From positions 112,344,001 through 112,408,000 of the forward strand of contig OZ024743.1 in assembly GCA_964016885.1 (NCBI GenBank): a stretch of DNA of 64,000 nucleotides. Reading direction: 5' to 3'. Shown piece by piece: positions 38,601 to 52,384 of this stretch. Both the position numbers and the translations under genes were made by a program. The stretch's first letter is position 1, and every line of letters starts with the position of its first letter. The DNA comes from Eledone cirrhosa. Lineage: Eukaryota. A model generated the notes under the pieces. The model was not told the DNA's origin, ran no database searches, and was given only the letters and a program-made list of their open reading frames with translations.

Positions 38601-41600
38601 TGGTGGTGTTGTTGTTGTTGTCAATGGTAGTTGTGATGCTGCTGTTGGTGATAGTATTGTTAGTGGTGGTGTTGTTGTTATCAATGGTAGTTGTGATGCT
38701 GCTGTTGGGGATGGTATTGTTAGTGGTGGTGTTGTTGTGTCAATGGTACTTGTAATGCTGTTGTTGATGGTATTGTTAGTGGTGGTGTTGTTGTTGTCAA
38801 TGGTAGTTGTAATGCTACTGTTGGTGATGGTATTGTTAGTGGTGGTGTTCTTGTTGTCAATGGTAGTTGTGATGCTGCTGTTGGTAATGGTATTGTTAGT
38901 GGTCGTGTTGTTGGTGTTAATGGTAGTTGTAACGCTGCTGTTGGTGATGGTATTGTTATTGGTGGTGTTTTTGTTGCCAATGGTAGTTGTAATGCTGCTG
39001 TTGGTAATGGTATTGTTAGTGGTCGTGTTGTTGTTGTCAATGGTAGTTGTAATGCTGCTGTTGTTGATGGTATTGTTAGTGGTGGTGTTGTTGTTGTCAA
39101 TGGTAGTTGTAATGCTGCTTTTGGTGATGGTATTGTTAGTGGTGGTGTTGTTGTTGTCAATGGTAGTTGTAATGCTGCTGTTGTTGATGGTATTGTTAGT
39201 GGTGGTGTTGTTGTTGTCAATGGTAGTTGTGATGCTGTTGTTGGTGATGGTATTGTTAGTGGTGGTGTTGTTGTTGTCAATGGTAGTTGTGATGCTGTTG
39301 TTGGTGATGGTATTGTTAGTGGTGGTGTTGTTAGTGTCAATGGTAGTTGTAATACTGTTGTTAGTGATGGTATTGTTAGTGGTGGTGTTGTTGTTGTCAA
39401 TGGTAGTTGTGATGCTGTTGTTGGTGATGGTATTGTTAGTGGTGGTGTTGTTGTTGTCAATGGTAGTTGTAATGCTGTTGTTGTGATGGTATTGTTAGTG
39501 GTGGTGTTGTTGTCAATAGTAGTTGTAATGCTGTTGTTGGTGATGGTATTGTTAGTGGTGGTGTTGTTGGTGTTAATGGTAGTTGTGTTACTGCTGTTGG
39601 TTATGGTATTGTTAGTGGTGGTGTTGTTGTTGTCAATGGTAGTTGTAATGCTGTTGGTGATAGTATTGTTAGTGGTGGTGTTATTGTTGTCAATGATAGT
39701 TGTGATGCTGCTGTTGGTGATGGTATTGTTAGTGGTGGTGTTGTTGTGTCAATGGTAGTTGTAATGCTGTTGGTGATAGTATTGTTAGTGGTGGTGTTAT
39801 TGTTGTCAATGATAGTTGTGATGCTGCTGTTGGTGATGGTATTGTTAGTGGTGGTGTTGTTGTTGTCAATGGTAGTTGTAATGCTGTTGGTGATAGTATT
39901 GTTAGTGGTGGTGTTATTGTTGTCAATGATAGTTGTGATGCTGCTGTTGGTGATGGTATTGTTAGTGGTGGTGTTGTTGTTGTCAATGGTAGTTGTAATG
40001 CTGCTGTTGGTGATGGTATTGTTAGTGGTGGTGTTGTTGTGTCAATGGTAGTTGTAATGCTGCTGTTGGTGATGGTATTGTTAGTGGTGGTGTTGTTGTG
40101 TCAATGGTAGTTGTAATGCTGCTGTTGTTGATGGTATTGTTAGTGGTGGTGATGTTGTTGTCAATGGTAGTTTTGATGCTGCTGTTGATGATGGTATTGT
40201 TAGTGGTGGTGTTGTTGTTGTCAATGGTAGTTGTGATGCTGCTGTTGGTGATGGTATTGTTAGTGGTGGTGTTGTTGTTGTCAATGGTAGTTGTAATGCT
40301 GTTGTTGAGGATGGTATTGTTAGTGGTGGTGTTGTTGTTGTCAATGGTAGTTGTAATGCTGTTGGTGATAGTATTGTTAGTGTTGGTGTTATTGTTGTCA
40401 ATGATAGTTGTGATGCTGCTGTTGGTGATGGTATTGTTAGTGGTGGTGTTGTTGTGTCAATGGTAGTTGTAATGCTGTTGGTGATAGTATTGTTAGTGGT
40501 GGTGTTATTGTTGTCAATGATAGTTGTCATGCTGCTGTTGGTGATGGTATTGTTAGTGGTGGTGTTGTTGTTGTCAATGGTAGTTGTAATGCTGTTGGTG
40601 ATAGTATTGTTAGTGGTGGTGTTATTGTTGTCAATGATAGTTGTGATGCTGCTGTTGGTGATGGTATTGTTAGTGGTGGTGTTGTTGTTGTCAATGGTAG
40701 TTGTAATGCTGTTGGTGATGGTATTGTTAGTGGTGGTGTTGTTGTTGTCAATGGTAGTTGTAATGCTGCTGTTGGTGATGGTATTGTTAGTGGTGGTGTT
40801 GTTGTGTCAATGGTAGTTGTAATGCTGCTGTTGGTGATGGTATTGTTAGTGGTGGTTTTGTTGTGTCAATGGTAGTTGTAATGCTGCTGTTGTTGATGGT
40901 ATTGTTAGTGGTGGTGATGTTTTTGTCAATGGTAGTTTTGATGCTGCTGTTGATGATGGTATTGTTAGTGGTGGTGTTGTTGTTGTCAATGGTAGTTGTG
41001 ATACTGCTGTTGGTGATGGTATTGTTAGTGGTGGTGTTGTTGTTGTCAATGGTAGTTGTAATGCTGTTGTTGAGGATGGTATTGTTAGTGGTGGTGTTGT
41101 TGTTGTCAATGGTAGTTGTAATGCTGTTGTTGGTGATGGTATTGTTAGTGGTGGTATTGTTGTTGTCAATGGTAGTTGTGATGCTGCTGTTGGTGATGGT
41201 ATTGTTAGTGGTGGTGTTGTTGTTGTCAATGGTAGTTGTAATGCTGTTGTTGGTGATGGTATTGTTAGTGGTGGTGTTGTTGTTGTCAATGGTAGTTGTA
41301 ATGCTGTTGTTGGTGATGGTATTGTTAGTGGTGGTGTTATTGTTGTCAATGATAGTTGTGATGCTGCTGTTGGTGGTGGTATTGTTAGTGGTGGTGTTGT
41401 TGATGTCAATGGTAGTTGTGATGCTGTTGTTGGTGATGGTATTGTTAGTGGTGGTGTTGTTGTTGTCAATGGTAGTTGTAATGCTGTTGTTGAGGATGGT
41501 ATTGTTAGTGGTGGTGTTGTTGTTGTCAATGGTAGTTGTAATGCTGTTGTTGGTGATGGTATTGTTAGTGATGGTATTGTTGTTGTCAATGGTAGTTGTG

Positions 41601-44600
41601 ATGCTGCTGTTGGTGATGGTATTGTTAGTGGTGGTGTTGTTGTTGTCAATGGTAGTTGTAATGCTGTTGTTGGTGATGGTATTATTAGTGGTGGTGTTGT
41701 AGTTGTCAATGGTAGTTGTGATGCTGCTGTTGGTGATGGTATTGTTAGTGGTGGTGTTGTTGTTGTCAATGGTAGTTGTAATGCTGTTGTTGGTGATGGT
41801 ATTGTTAGTGGTGGTGTTGTTGTTGTCAATGGTAGTTGTGATGCTGTTGTTGGTGATGGTATTGTTAGTGGTGGTGTTGTTGTTGTCAATGGTAGTTGTA
41901 ATGCTGCTGTTGGTGATGGTATTGTTAGTGGTGGTGTTGCTGTTGTCAATGGTAGTTGTAATGCTGTTGTTGGTGATGGTATTGTTAGTGGTGGTGTTGT
42001 TGTTGTCAATGGTAGTTGTGATGCTGCTGTTGGTGATGGTATTGTTAGTGGTGGTGTTGTTGTTGTCAATGGTAGTTGTGATTCTGTTGTTGGTGATGGT
42101 ATTGTTAGTGGTGGTGTTGTTGTTGTCAATGGTAGTTGTAATGCTGTTGGTGATGGTATTGTTATTGGTGGTGTTGTTGTCAATAGTAGTTGTAATGCTG
42201 TTGTTGGTGATGGTATTGTTAGTGGTGGTATTGTTGGTGTCAATGGTAGTTGTAATACTGTTGTTAGTGATGGTATTGTTATTGGTGGTGTTGTTGTCAA
42301 TAGTAGTTGTAATGCTGTTGTTGGTGATGGTATTGTTAGTGGTGGTGTTGTTGGTGTTAATGGTAGTTGTGTTACTGCTGTTGGTTATGGTATTGTTAGT
42401 GGTGGTCTTGTTGTTGTCAATGGTAGTTGTAATGCTGTTGGTGATAGTATTGTTAGTGGTGGTGTTGTTGTTGTCAATGGTAGTTGTGATGCTGCTGTTG
42501 GTGATGGTATTGTTAGTGGTGGTGTTGTTGTTGTCAATGGTAGTTGTGATGCTGTTGTTGGTGATGGTATTGTTAGTGGTGGTGTTGTTGTTGTCAATGG
42601 TAGTTGTAATGCTGTTGTTGTGATGGTATTGTTAGTGGTGGTGTTGTCAATAGTAGTTGTAATGCTGTTGTTGGTGATGGTATTGTTAGTGGTGGTGTTG
42701 TTGGTGTTAATGGTAGTTGTGTTACTGCTGTTGGTTATGGTATTGTTAGTGGTGGTGTTGTTGTTGTCAATGGTAGTTGAAATGCTGTTGGTGATAGTAT
42801 TGTTAGTGGTGGTGTTGTTGTTGTCAATGGTAGTTGTGATGCTGCTGTTGGTGATGGTATTGTTAGTGGTGGTGTTGTTGTTGTCAATGGTAGTTGTGAT
42901 GCTGTTGTTGGTGATGGTATTGTTAGTGGTGGTGTTGTTGTTGTCAATGGTAGTTGTAATGCTGTTGTTGTGATGGTATTGTTAGTGGTGGTGTTGTTGT
43001 CAATAGTAGTTGTAATGCTGCTGTTGGTGATGGTATTGTTAGTGGTGGTGTTATTGTTGTCAATGATAGTTGTGATGCTTCTGTTGGTGATGGTATTGTT
43101 AGTGGTGGTGTTGTTGTTGTCAATGGTAGTTGTGATGCTGTTGTTGGTGATGGTATTGTTGGTGGTGGTGTTGTTGTTATCAATGGTAGTTGTGATGCTG
43201 CTGTTGGTGATGGTATTGTTAGTGGTGGTGTTGTTGTTGTCATTGGTAGTTGTAATGCTGCTGTTGGTGATGGTATTGTTAGTGGTGGTGTTGTTGTTGT
43301 CAATGGTAGTTGTGATGCTGTTGTTGGTGATGGTATTGTTGGTGGTGGTGTTGTTGTTATCAATGGTAGTTGTGATGCTGCTGTTGGTGATGGTATTGTT
43401 AGTGGTGGTGTTGTTGTTGTTGTCAATGGTAGTTGTGATGCTGCTGTTGGTGATGGTATTGTTAGTGGTGGTGTTGTTGTTATCAATGGTAGTTGTGATG
43501 CTGCTGTTGGGGATGGTATTGTTAGTGGTGGTGTTGTTGTGTCAATGGTAGTTGTAATGCTGTTGTTGTTGATGGTATTGTTAGTGGTGGTGTTGTTGTT
43601 GTCAATGGTAGTTGTAATGCTACTGTTGGTGATGGTATTGTTAGTGGTGGTGTTCTTGTTGTCAATGGTAGTTGTGATGCTGCTGTTGGTGATGGTATTG
43701 TTAGTGGTGGTGTTGTTGGTGTTAATGGTAGTTGTAACGCTGCTGTTGGTGATGGTTTTGTTATTGGTGGTGTTTTTGTTGCCAATGGTAGTTGTAATGC
43801 TGCTGTTGGTAATGGTATTGTTAGTGGTGGTGTTGTTGTTGTCAATGGTAGTTGTAATGCTGCTGTTGTTGATGGTATTGTTAGTGGTGGTGTTGTTGTT
43901 GTCAATGGTAGTTGTAATGCTGTTGGTGATAGTATTGTTAGTGGTGGTGTTGTTGTTGTCAATGGTAGTTGTGATGCTGCTGTTGGTGATGGTATTGTTA
44001 GTGGTGGTGTTGTTGTTGTCAATGGTAGTTGTGATGCTGTTGTTGGTGATGGTATTGTTAGTGGTGGTGTTGTTGTTGTCAATGGTAGTTGTAATGCTAT
44101 TGTTGTGATGGTATTGTTAGTGGTGGTGTTGTTGTCAATAGTAGTTGTAATGCTGTTGTTGGTGATGGTATTGTTAGTGGTGGTGTTGTTGGTGTTAATG
44201 GTAGTTGTGTTACTGCTGTTGGTTATGGTATTGTTAGTGGTGGTGTTGTTGTTGTCAATGGTAGTTGTAATGCTGTTGGTGATAGTATTGTTAGTGGTGG
44301 TGTTGTTGTTGTCAATGGTAGTTGTGATGCTGCTGTTGGTGATGGTATTGTTAGTGGTGGTGTTGTTGTTGTCAATGGTAGTTGTGATGCTGTTGTTGGT
44401 GATGGTATTGTTAGTAGTGGTGTTGTTGTTGTCAATGGTAGTTGTAATGCTGTTGTTGTGATGGTATTGTTAGTGGTGGTGTTGTTGTCAATAGTAGTTG
44501 TAATGCTGCTGTGGTGATGGTATTGTTATTGGTGGTGTTATTGTTGTCAATGATAGTTGTGATGCTGCTGTTGGTGATGGTATTGTTAGTGGTGGTGTTG

Positions 44601-47600
44601 TTGTTGTCAATGGTAGTTGTGATGCTGTTGTTGGTGATGGTATTGTTGGTGGTGGTGTTGTTGTTATCAATGGTAGTTGTGATGCTGCTGTTGGTGATGG
44701 TATTGTTAGTGGTGGTGTTGTTGTTGTTGTCAATGGTAGTTGTGATGCTGCTGTTGGTGATAGTATTGTTAGTGGTGGTGTTGTTGTTATCAATGGTAGT
44801 TGTGATGCTGCTGTTGGGGATGGTATTGTTAGAGGTGGTGTTGTTGTGTCAATGGTAGTTGTAATGCTGTTGTTGATGGTATTGTTAGTGGTGGTGTTGT
44901 TGTTGTCAATGGTAGTTGTAATGCTACTGTTGGTGATGGTATTGTTAGTGGTGGTGTTCTTGTTGTCAATGGTAGTTGTGATGCTGCTGTTGGTGATGGT
45001 ATTGTTAGTGGTGGTGTTGTTGGTGTTAATGGTAGTTGTAACGCTGCTGTTGGTGATGGTATTGTTATTGGTGGTGTTTTTGTTGCCAATGGTAGTTGTA
45101 ATGCTGCTGTTGGTAATGGTATTGTTAGTGGTCGTGTTGTTGTTGTCAATGGTAGTTGTAATGCTGCTGTTGTTGATGGTATTGTTAGTGGTGGTGTTGT
45201 TGTTGTCAATGGTAGTTGTAATGCTGCTTTTGGTGATGGTATTGTTAGTGGTGGTGTTGTTGTTGTCAATGGTAGTTGTAATGCTGCTGTTGTTGATGGT
45301 ATTGTTAGTGGTGGTGTTGTTGTTGTCAATGGTAGTTGTGATGCTGTTGTTGGTGATGGTATTGTTAGTGGTGGTGTTGTTGTTGTCAATGGTAGTTGTG
45401 ATGCTGTTGTTGGTGATGGTATTGTTAGTGGTGGTGTTGTTGGTGTCAATGGTAGTTGTAATACTGTTGTTAGTGATGGTATTGTTAGTGGTGGTGTTGT
45501 TGTTGTCAATGGTAGTTGTGATGCTGTTGTTGGTGATGGTATTGTTAGTGGTGGTGTTGTTGTTGTCAATGGTAGTTGTAATGCTGTTGTTGTGATGGTA
45601 TTGTTAGTGGTGGTGTTGTTGTCAATAGTAGTTGTAATGCTGTTGTTGGTGATGGTATTGTTAGTGGTGGTGTTGTTGGTGTTAATGGTAGTTGTGTTAC
45701 TGCTGTTGGTTATGGTATTGTTAGTGGTGGTGTTGTTGTTGTCAATGGTAGTTGTAATGCTGTTGGTGATAGTATTGTTAGTGGTGGTGTTATTGTTGTC
45801 AATGATAGTTGTGATGCTGCTGTTGGTGATGGTATTGTTAGTGGTGGTGTTGTTGTGTCAATGGTAGTTGTAATGCTGTTGGTGATAGTATTGTTAGTGG
45901 TGGTGTTATTGTTGTCAATGATAGTTGTGATGCTGCTGTTGGTGATGGTATTGTTAGTGGTGGTGTTGTTGTTGTCAATGGTAGTTGTAATGCTGTTGGT
46001 GATAGTATTGTTAGTGGTGGTGTTATTGTTGTCAATGATAGTTGTGATGCTGCTGTTGGTGATGGTATTGTTAGTGGTGGTGTTGTTGTTGTCAATGGTA
46101 GTTGTAATGCTGCTGTTGGTGATGGTATTGTTAGTGGTGGTGTTGTTGTGTCAATGGTAGTTGTAATGCTGCTGTTGGTGATGGTATTGTTAGTGGTGGT
46201 GTTGTTGTGTCAATGGTAGTTGTAATGCTGCTGTTGTTGATGGTATTGTTAGTGGTGGTGATGTTGTTGTCAATGGTAGTTTTGATGCTGCTGTTGATGA
46301 TGGTATTGTTAGTGGTGGTGTTGTTGTTGTCAATGGTAGTTGTGATGCTGCTGTTGGTGATGGTATTGTTAGTGGTGGTGTTGTTGTTGTCAATGGTAGT
46401 TGTAATGCTGTTGTTGAGGATGGTATTGTTAGTGGTGGTGTTGTTGTTGTCAATGGTAGTTGTAATGCTGTTGGTGATAGTATTGTTAGTGGTGGTGTTA
46501 TTGTTGTCAATGATAGTTGTGATGCTGCTGTTGGTGATGGTATTGTTAGTGGTGGTGTTGTTGTGTCAATGGTAGTTGTAATGCTGTTGGTGATAGTATT
46601 GTTAGTGGTGGTGTTATTGTTGTCAATGATAGTTGTCATGCTGCTGTTGGTGATGGTATTGTTAGTGGTGGTGTTGTTGTTGTCAATGGTAGTTGTAATG
46701 CTGTTGGTGATAGTATTGTTTGTGGTGGTGTTATTGTTGACAATGATAGTTGTGATGCTGCTGTTGGTGATGGTATTGTTAGTGGTGGTGTTGTTGTTGT
46801 CAATGGTAGTTGTAATGCTGCTGTTGGTGATGGTATTGTTAGTGGTGGTGTTGTTGTGTCAATGGTAGTTGTAATGCTGCTGTTGGTGATGGTATTGTTA
46901 GTGGTGGTGTTGTTGTGTCAATGGTAGTTGTAATGCTGCTGTTGTTGATGGTATTGTTAGTGGTGGTGATGTTTTTGTCAATGGTAGTTTTGATGCTGCT
47001 GTTGATGATGGTATTGTTAGTGGTGGTGTTGTTGTTGTCAATGGTAGTTGTGATACTGCTGTTGGTGATGGTATTGTTAGTGGTGGTGTTGTTGTTGTCA
47101 ATGGTAGTTGTAATGCTGTTGTTGAGGATGGTATTGTTAGTGGTGGTGTTGTTGTTGTCAATGGTAGTTGTAATGCTGTTGTTGGTGATGGTATTGTTAG
47201 TGGTGGTATTGTTGTTGTCAATGGTAGTTGTGATGCTGCTGTTGGTGATGGTATTGTTAGTGGTGGTGTTGTTGTTGTCAATGGTAGTTGTAATGCTGTT
47301 GTTGGTGATGGTATTGTTAGTGGTGGTGTTGTTGTTGTCAATGGTAGTTGTAATGCTGTTGTTGGTGATGGTATTGTTAGTGGTGGTGTTATTGTTGTCA
47401 ATGATAGTTGTGATGCTGCTGTTGGTGGTGATATTGTTAGTGGTGGTGTTGTTGATGTCAATGGTAGTTGTGATGCTGTTGTTGGTGATGGTATTGTTAG
47501 TGGTGGTGTTGTTGTTGTCAATGGTAGTTGTAATGCTGTTGTTGAGGATGGTATTGTTAGTGGTGGTGTTGTTGTTGTCAATGGTAGTTGTAATGCTGTT

Positions 47601-50600
47601 GTTGGTGATGGTATTGTTAGTGATGGTATTGTTGTTGTCAATGGTAGTTGTGATGCTGCTGTTGGTGATGGTATTGTTAGTGGTGGTGTTGTTGTTGTCA
47701 ATGGTAGTTGTAATGCTGTTGTTGGTGATGGTATTATTAGTGGTGGTGTTGTAGTTGTCAATGGTAGTTGTGATGCTGCTGTTGGTGATGGTATTGTTAG
47801 TGGTGGTGTTGTTGTTGTCAATGGTAGTTGTAATGCTGTTGTTGGTGATGGTATTGTTAGTGGTGGTGTTGTTGTTGTCAATGGTAGTTGTGATGCTGTT
47901 GTTGGTGATGGTATTGTTAGTGGTGGTGTTGTTGTTGTCAATGGTAGTTGTAATGCTGTTGGTGATGGTATTGTTAGTGGTGGTGTTGTTGTTGTCAATG
48001 GTAGTTGTAATGCTGCTATTGGTGATGGTATTGTTAGTGGTGGTGTTATTGTTGTCAATGATAGTTGTGATGCTGCTGTTTGTGATGGTATTGTTAGTGG
48101 TGGTGTTGTTGTGTCAATGGTAGTTGTAATGCTGTTGTTGGTGATGGTATTGTTAGTGGTGGTGTTGTTGTTGTCAATGGTAGTTGTAATACTGCTGTTG
48201 TTGATGGTATTGTTAGTGGTGGTGTTGTTGTTGTCAATGGTAGTTGTAATACTGCTGTTGTTGATGGTATTGTTAGTGGTGGTGATGTTGTTGTCAATGG
48301 TAGTTGTCATGCTGTTGTTGTTGATGGTATTGTTAGTGGTGGTGTTGCTGTTGTCAATGGTAGTTGTAATGCTGTTGTTGGTGATGGTATTGTTAGTGGT
48401 GGTGTTGTTGTTGTCAATGGTAGTTGTAATGCTGTTGTTGAGGATGGTATTGTTAGTGGTGGTGTTGTTGTTGTCAATGGTAGTTGTAATGCTGTTGTTG
48501 GTGATGGTATTGTTAGTGGTGGTATTGTTGTTGTCAATGGTAGTTGTGATGCTGCTGTTGGTGATGGTTTTGTTAGTGGTGGTGTTGTTGTTGTCAATGG
48601 TAGTTGTAATGCTGTTGTTGAGGATGGTATTGTTAGTGGTGGTGTTGTTGTTGTCAATGGTAGTTGTGATGCTGTTGTTGGTGATGGTATTGTTAGTGGA
48701 GGTGTTGTTGTTGTCAATGGTAGTTGTGATGCTGCTGTTGGTGATGGTATTGTTAGTGGTGGTGTTGTTGTTGTCAATGGTAGTTGTGATGCTGCTGTTG
48801 GTGATGGTATTGTTAGTGGTGGTGTTGTTGTTATCAATGGTAGTTGTGATGCTGCTGTTGGGGATGGTATTGTTAGTGGTGGTGTTGTTGTTGTCAATGT
48901 TAGTTGTGATGCTGCTGTTGGTGATGGTATTGTTAGTGGTGGTGTTGTTGTTGTCAATGGTAGTTGTAATGCTGTTGTTGGTGATGGTATTGTTAGTGGT
49001 GGTGTTGTTGTTGTCAATGGTAGTTGTGATACTGTTGTTGTTGATGGTATTGTTAGTGGTGGTGTTGTTGTTGTCAATGGTAGTTGTGATGCTGCTGTTG
49101 GTGATGGTATTGTTAGTGGTGGTGTTGTTGTTATCAATGGTAGTTGTGATGCTGCTGTTGGGGATGGTATTGTTAGTGGTGGTGTTGTTGTGTCAATGGT
49201 AGTTGTGATACTGTTGTTGTTGATGGTATTGTTAGTGGTGGTGTTGTTGTTGTCAATGGTAGTTGTAATGCTGTTGTTGGTGATGGTATTGTTAGTGGTG
49301 GTGTTGTTGTTGTTGTCAATGGTAGTTGTAATGCTGTTGTTGGTGATGGTATTGTTAGTGGTGGTGTTGTTGGTGTTAATGGTAGTTGTGTTACTGCTGT
49401 TGGTGATGGTATTGTTAGTGGTGGTGTTGTTGTTGTCAATGGTAGTTGTGATGCTGCTGTTGGTGATGGTATTGTTAGTGGTGGTGTTGTTGTTGTCAAT
49501 GGTTATTGTGATGCTGCTGTTGGTGATGGTATTGTTAGTGGTGGTGTTGTTGTTGTCAATGGTAGTTGTAATGCTGCTGTTGGTGATGGTATTGTTAGTG
49601 GTGGTGTTGTCAATGGTAGTTGTGATGCTGCTGTTGGTGATGGTATTGTTAGTGGTGGTGTTGTTGTTGTCAATGGTAGGTATAATGCTGTTGTTGGTGA
49701 TTGTATTGTTAGTGGTGGTGTTGTTGTTGTCAATGGTAGTTGTGATGCTGTTGTTGGTGATGGTATTGTTAGTGGTGGTGTTGTTGTTGTCAATGGTAGT
49801 TGTGATGCTGTTGTTGGTGATGGTATTGTTAGTGGTGGTGTTGTTGTTGTCAATGGTAGTTGTAATGCCGCTGTTGGTGATGGTATTGTTAGTGGTGGTG
49901 TTGTTGTTGTCAATGGTAGTTGTGATGCTGCTGTTGGTGATGGTATTGTTAGTGGTGGTGTTGTTGTTGTCAATGGTAGTTGTAATGCCGCTGTTGGTGA
50001 TGGTATTGTTAGTGGTGGTGTTGTTGTTGTCAATGGTAGTTGTGATGCTGTTGTTGGTGATGGTATTGTTAGTGGTGGTGTTGTTGTTGTCAATGGTATT
50101 TGTAATGCTGCTGTTGGTGATGGTATTGTTAGTGGTGGTGTTGTTGTTGTCAATGGTAGTTGTGATACTGCTGTTGGTGATGGTATTGTTAGTGGTGGTG
50201 TTGTTGTTGTCAATGGTATTTGTAATGCTGTTGTTGGTGATCGTATTGTTAGTGGTGGTGTTGTTGGTGTCAATGGTAGTTGTGATACTGCTGTTGGTGA
50301 TGGTATTGTTAGTGGTGGTGTTGTTGTTGATAATGGTAGTTGTAATGCTGTTGTTGGTGATGGTATTATTAGTTGTGGTGTTGTAGTTGTCAATGGTAGT
50401 TGTAATGCTGCTGTTGGTGATGGTATTGTTAGTGTTGGTGTTGTTGTTGTCATTGGTAGTTGTGATCCTGCTGTTGGTGATGGTATTGTTAGTGGTGGTG
50501 TTGTTGTTGTCAATGGTAGTTGTGATGCTGCTGTTGGTGATGGTATTGTTAGTGGTGGTGTTGTTGTTGTCAATGGTTATTGTGATGCTGCTGTTGGTGA

Positions 50601-51900
50601 TGGTATTGTTAGTGGTGGTGTTGTTGTTTTCAATGGTAGTCGTGATGCTGTTGTTGGTGATGGTATTGTTAGTGGTGGTGTTGTTGTTGTCAATGGTTAT
50701 TGTGATGCTGCTGTTGGTGATGGTATTGTTAGTGGTGGTGTTGTTGTTGTCAATGGTTATTGTGATGCTGCTGTTGGTGATGGTATTGTTAGTGGTGGTG
50801 TTGTTGTTGTCAATGGTTATTGTGATGCTGCTGTTGGTGATGGTATTGTTAGTGGTGGTGTTGTTGTTTTCAATGGTAGTTGTGATGCTGTTGTTGGTGA
50901 TGGTATTGTTAGTGGTGGTGTTGTTGTTGTCAATGGTAGTTGTAATACTGCTGTTGGTGATGGTATTGTTAGTGGTGGTGTTGTTGTTGTCAATGGTAGT
51001 TGTGATACTGCTGTTGGTGATGGTATTGTTAGTGGTGGTGTTGTTGTTGTCAATGGTAGTTGTAATGCTGCTGTTGGTGATGGTATTGTTAGTGGTGGTG
51101 TTGTCAATGGTAGTTGTGATGCTGCTGTTGGTGATGGTATTGTTAGTGGTGGTGTTGTTGTTGTCAATGGTAGTTGTAATGCTGCTGTTGGTGATGGTAT
51201 TGTTAGTGGTGGTGTTGTTGTTGTCAATGGTAGTTGTAATGCTGCTGTTGGTGATGGTATTGTTAGTGGTGGTGTTGTTGTTGTCAATGGTAGTTGTGAT
51301 ACTGTTGTTGGTGATGGTATTGTTAGTGGTGGTGTTGTTGTTGTCAATGGTAGTTGTAATGCTGCTGTTGGTGATGGTATTGTTAGTGGTGGTGTTGTTG
51401 TTGTCAATGGTAGTTGTAATGCTGTTGTTGGTGATGGTATTGTTAGTGGTGGTGTTGTTGTTGTCAATGGTAGTTGTAATGCTGCTGTTGGTGATGGTAT
51501 TGTTAGTGGTGGTGTTGTTGTTGTCAATGGTAGTTGTAATGCTGCTGTTGGTGATGGTATTGTTAGTGGTGGTGTTGTTGTTGTCAATGGTAGTTGTAAT
51601 GCTGCTGTTGGTGATGGTATTGTTATGGTGGTGTTGTTGTTGTCAATGGTAGTTGTAATGCTGCTGTTGGTGATGGTATTGTTAGTGGCGGTGTTGTTGT
51701 TGTCAATGGTAGTTGTGATGCTGTTGTTGGTGATGGTATTGTTATGGTGGTGTTATTGTTGTCAATGGTTGTTGTGCTACTGTTGTTGGGGATGATATTG
51801 TTATGTCGGTGTTGTTGGTGTTAATGATAGTTGTGATGCTGCTGTTGGTGGTGGTATTGTTATGGTGGTGTTGTTGGTGTTAATGATAGTTGTGATGCTA
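32605..51900. repeat. About 19-kb tandem array of a 60-bp unit with higher-order duplications
   Basis: Consensus GGTGATGGTATTGTTAGTGGTGGTGTTGTTGTTGTCAATGGTAGTTGT(A/G)ATGCTG(C/T)TGTT; variant units of 51-63 bp. Confidence 0.98.
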
Positions 51901-52159
51901 GTTTTTGTGGCGGTGTTGTTGTTAGTACCAGTGATAGTTGTGATCAGGTTGATACTGTTGTTGGTAATATTGTTAGTTGTGATGGTATTGGTGATGTGAC
52001 ATTGCTAGTAGTGCAGGTAATTGTGTTGGTGTTAGTTGTCCTGGCACCATTGGTGATGGTAATGTTAGTTGTGTTATTGAGATTTCTTTAATTTGTAGTT
52101 CTATTACTGTTGGTGTGTTAGTGTTGCTGGTGGCCTTAGTGGTATTTACTCAGGTACTG

Positions 52160-52292
52160 AAGGATGAAAGGCAAAGTTAACCCCGCCGTGGTTAACTTTG
52201 CCTTTCATCCTTACGGGGTCGATAAAATAAAGTACCAGTAATGTACTGGGTAATTTGCTGGCCTTGTCTCAAATGTAGAAACAATTATTATT
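52160..52292 (+). mobile_element. 5'-truncated SINE family A with a 5' fold-back inversion
   Basis: Perfect 23-bp arms at 52160-52182 and 52190-52212, followed by the normal SINE 3' half ending GTAGAAACAATTATTATT. Confidence 0.88.
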
Positions 52293-52384
52293 AGACTTGT
52301 TAGTGTTGTTAATGGTGCTAGTGGTAGTCATGCTAGTACTGTTGGTGATGGAAGTATCGATAGTGCTGTTATTGGTGATGCTGG

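Noticed and set aside
31947-51587. Pro/Thr-rich minus-strand ORFs (TTTTPPLTIPSPTAALQLPL) as separate genes
   Set aside because: They are fragments of one array cut by frameshifts and mostly begin at alternative starts. Common variants are non-synonymous in this frame. Not fully excluded.
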